DNA of 59,661 nt from Bdellovibrionota bacterium (GTDB taxonomy: Bacteria > Bdellovibrionota_C > UBA2361 > OMII01): contig JBIKWQ010000010.1 in NCBI GenBank assembly GCA_044356215.1, forward strand, positions 1 through 59,661. Reading direction: 5' to 3'. Position 1 is the first letter of the stretch, and each line of letters begins with the position of its first letter. Shown piece after piece: positions 59,002 to 59,661 of the stretch. A model generated the notes under the pieces. It searched no databases. It worked only from the letters and a program-made list of their open reading frames with translations, and was not told the origin of the DNA. A program made the position numbers and the translations under genes.

Positions 59002-59524
59002 CTTCACGAGTTTTCGAGATGGATGTTGAACTAATTCATAAACCGATCTCAGCGGACGCTTTCAATTCTCTGTGCCGCAGTGTGGGGTGGGGCGAGGTGC
59101 CAGCCGATAATTTTGAGTTGGCGCGGCGGAATAGTCTCTGCTGTGTCCATGCACGACGAGCGGACGATGTCATAGGGTTCGCCCGATTGGTGGGCGATGT
59201 CGGGATGTATTTGTACGTACAGGACTTAGTTGTTAGAGGAGACTGTCAGGGCCAAGGAATTGGCTCTAAGCTCTTACAGGAGATCCATGTAGTGGTAGAG
59301 CGGTTCCAAGTGTGCAGGAGGCGTGTAAGTTTAATTGCAGAAACCCGGGTTGTCCCCTTTTATGAGAGGCAGGGATATCTAGAGTCATCGCCACCGAGCA
59401 AGTTTCTGTTCAAGTCTCTGAAGTTCTAGCTTTACGATACCTTACTTGTTTCTGGAACCTACTCTCACTATCCGGTATAACAAGACAATCGAGCGGATCG
59501 CTATTACGCTCCCTCACTGAAACG
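58996..59524 (+). mobile_element. Integron gene cassette 2 (GNAT)
   Basis: Starts G/TTGTACC; its R'' GGTATAAC is a 7/8 reverse-complement match. Confidence 0.65.
59019..59429 (+). CDS. GNAT family N-acetyltransferase (cassette-borne)
   Basis: IGFARLVGD..YVQDLVV..QGQGIGSKLL..FYERQGY. Confidence 0.9.
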   Translation: MDVELIHKPISADAFNSLCRSVGWGEVPADNFELARRNSLCCVHARRADDVIGFARLVGDVGMYLYVQDLVVRGDCQGQGIGSKLLQEIHVVVERFQVCRRRVSLIAETRVVPFYERQGYLESSPPSKFLFKSLKF

Positions 59525-59530
59525 TATTCT
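59475..59530 (+). other. Degenerate attC site 2
   Basis: GTATAAC-AAGA-CAATCGAGCGGA...TCCCTCACTG-AAAC-GTATTCT; right arm mismatched and R' reads GTA instead of GTT. Confidence 0.55.
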
Positions 59531-59578
59531 TCCATTGAACTAACCCGCTTGCGCGGAGGTTATGTTGAGAGAATTTGC

Positions 59579-59607
59579 AATCCTGCTGGTGACGGCGGGA
59601 TTTTTTT
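59579..59607 (+). terminator. Intrinsic terminator-like hairpin with U-tract
   Basis: AATCCTGCTG-GTGA-CGGCGGGA-TTTTTTT. Confidence 0.65.
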
Positions 59608-59661
59608 ATTCTGAAATCAACAGGTGTCGCAGTCCCAGCCCGTCCCCGACCACCCGAGTCC

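Noticed and set aside
59562..59661. Partial ORF MLREFAILLVTAGFFYSE... running off the window
   Set aside because: SD-ATG spacing is only 2 nt and it overlaps a terminator-like hairpin; cannot be judged without downstream sequence.

Overview
About 60 kb of chromosomal backbone from a flagellated, LPS-containing (kdsB) bacterium. The gene complement suggests a Bdellovibrionota/deltaproteobacterial-like lineage, but this is inference only. Housekeeping genes: class A PBP, tRNA-Phe, kdsB, prephenate dehydratase, rplM-rpsI, DegP/Q, map, FadF-like oxidoreductase plus acyl-CoA dehydrogenase, meaB, fliK-flgD-flgE, tkt, a type IIA topoisomerase pair (probably parC-parE), tmk, corA, pckA, holA, an MltB-like enzyme, mgtE and four minor-pilin genes. 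Two TA loci are present: mazEF, and vapBC whose antitoxin lacks its normal start codon. Main items for follow-up: (1) an integron-type cassette array at the right end, with two cassettes, matching R'/R'' boxes, an attI-like entry site and no integrase in the window; (2) a coupled MTAN-like / spore-photoproduct-lyase-like radical SAM / SDR operon of unknown function; (3) a DUF1521/MIIA (GDPH autocleavage) protein and other signal-peptide-less, low-complexity proteins beside the flagellar hook genes; (4) a duplicated LGKRGK-coding repeat that replaces the vapB start; (5) a lipoprotein lipase plus DUF4105 pair, a tandem Lrp/AsnC regulator, a His-less PHP protein, and an Ile at the quinolone-resistance position of the topoisomerase. 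No CRISPR array, rRNA, transposase or integrase was seen.
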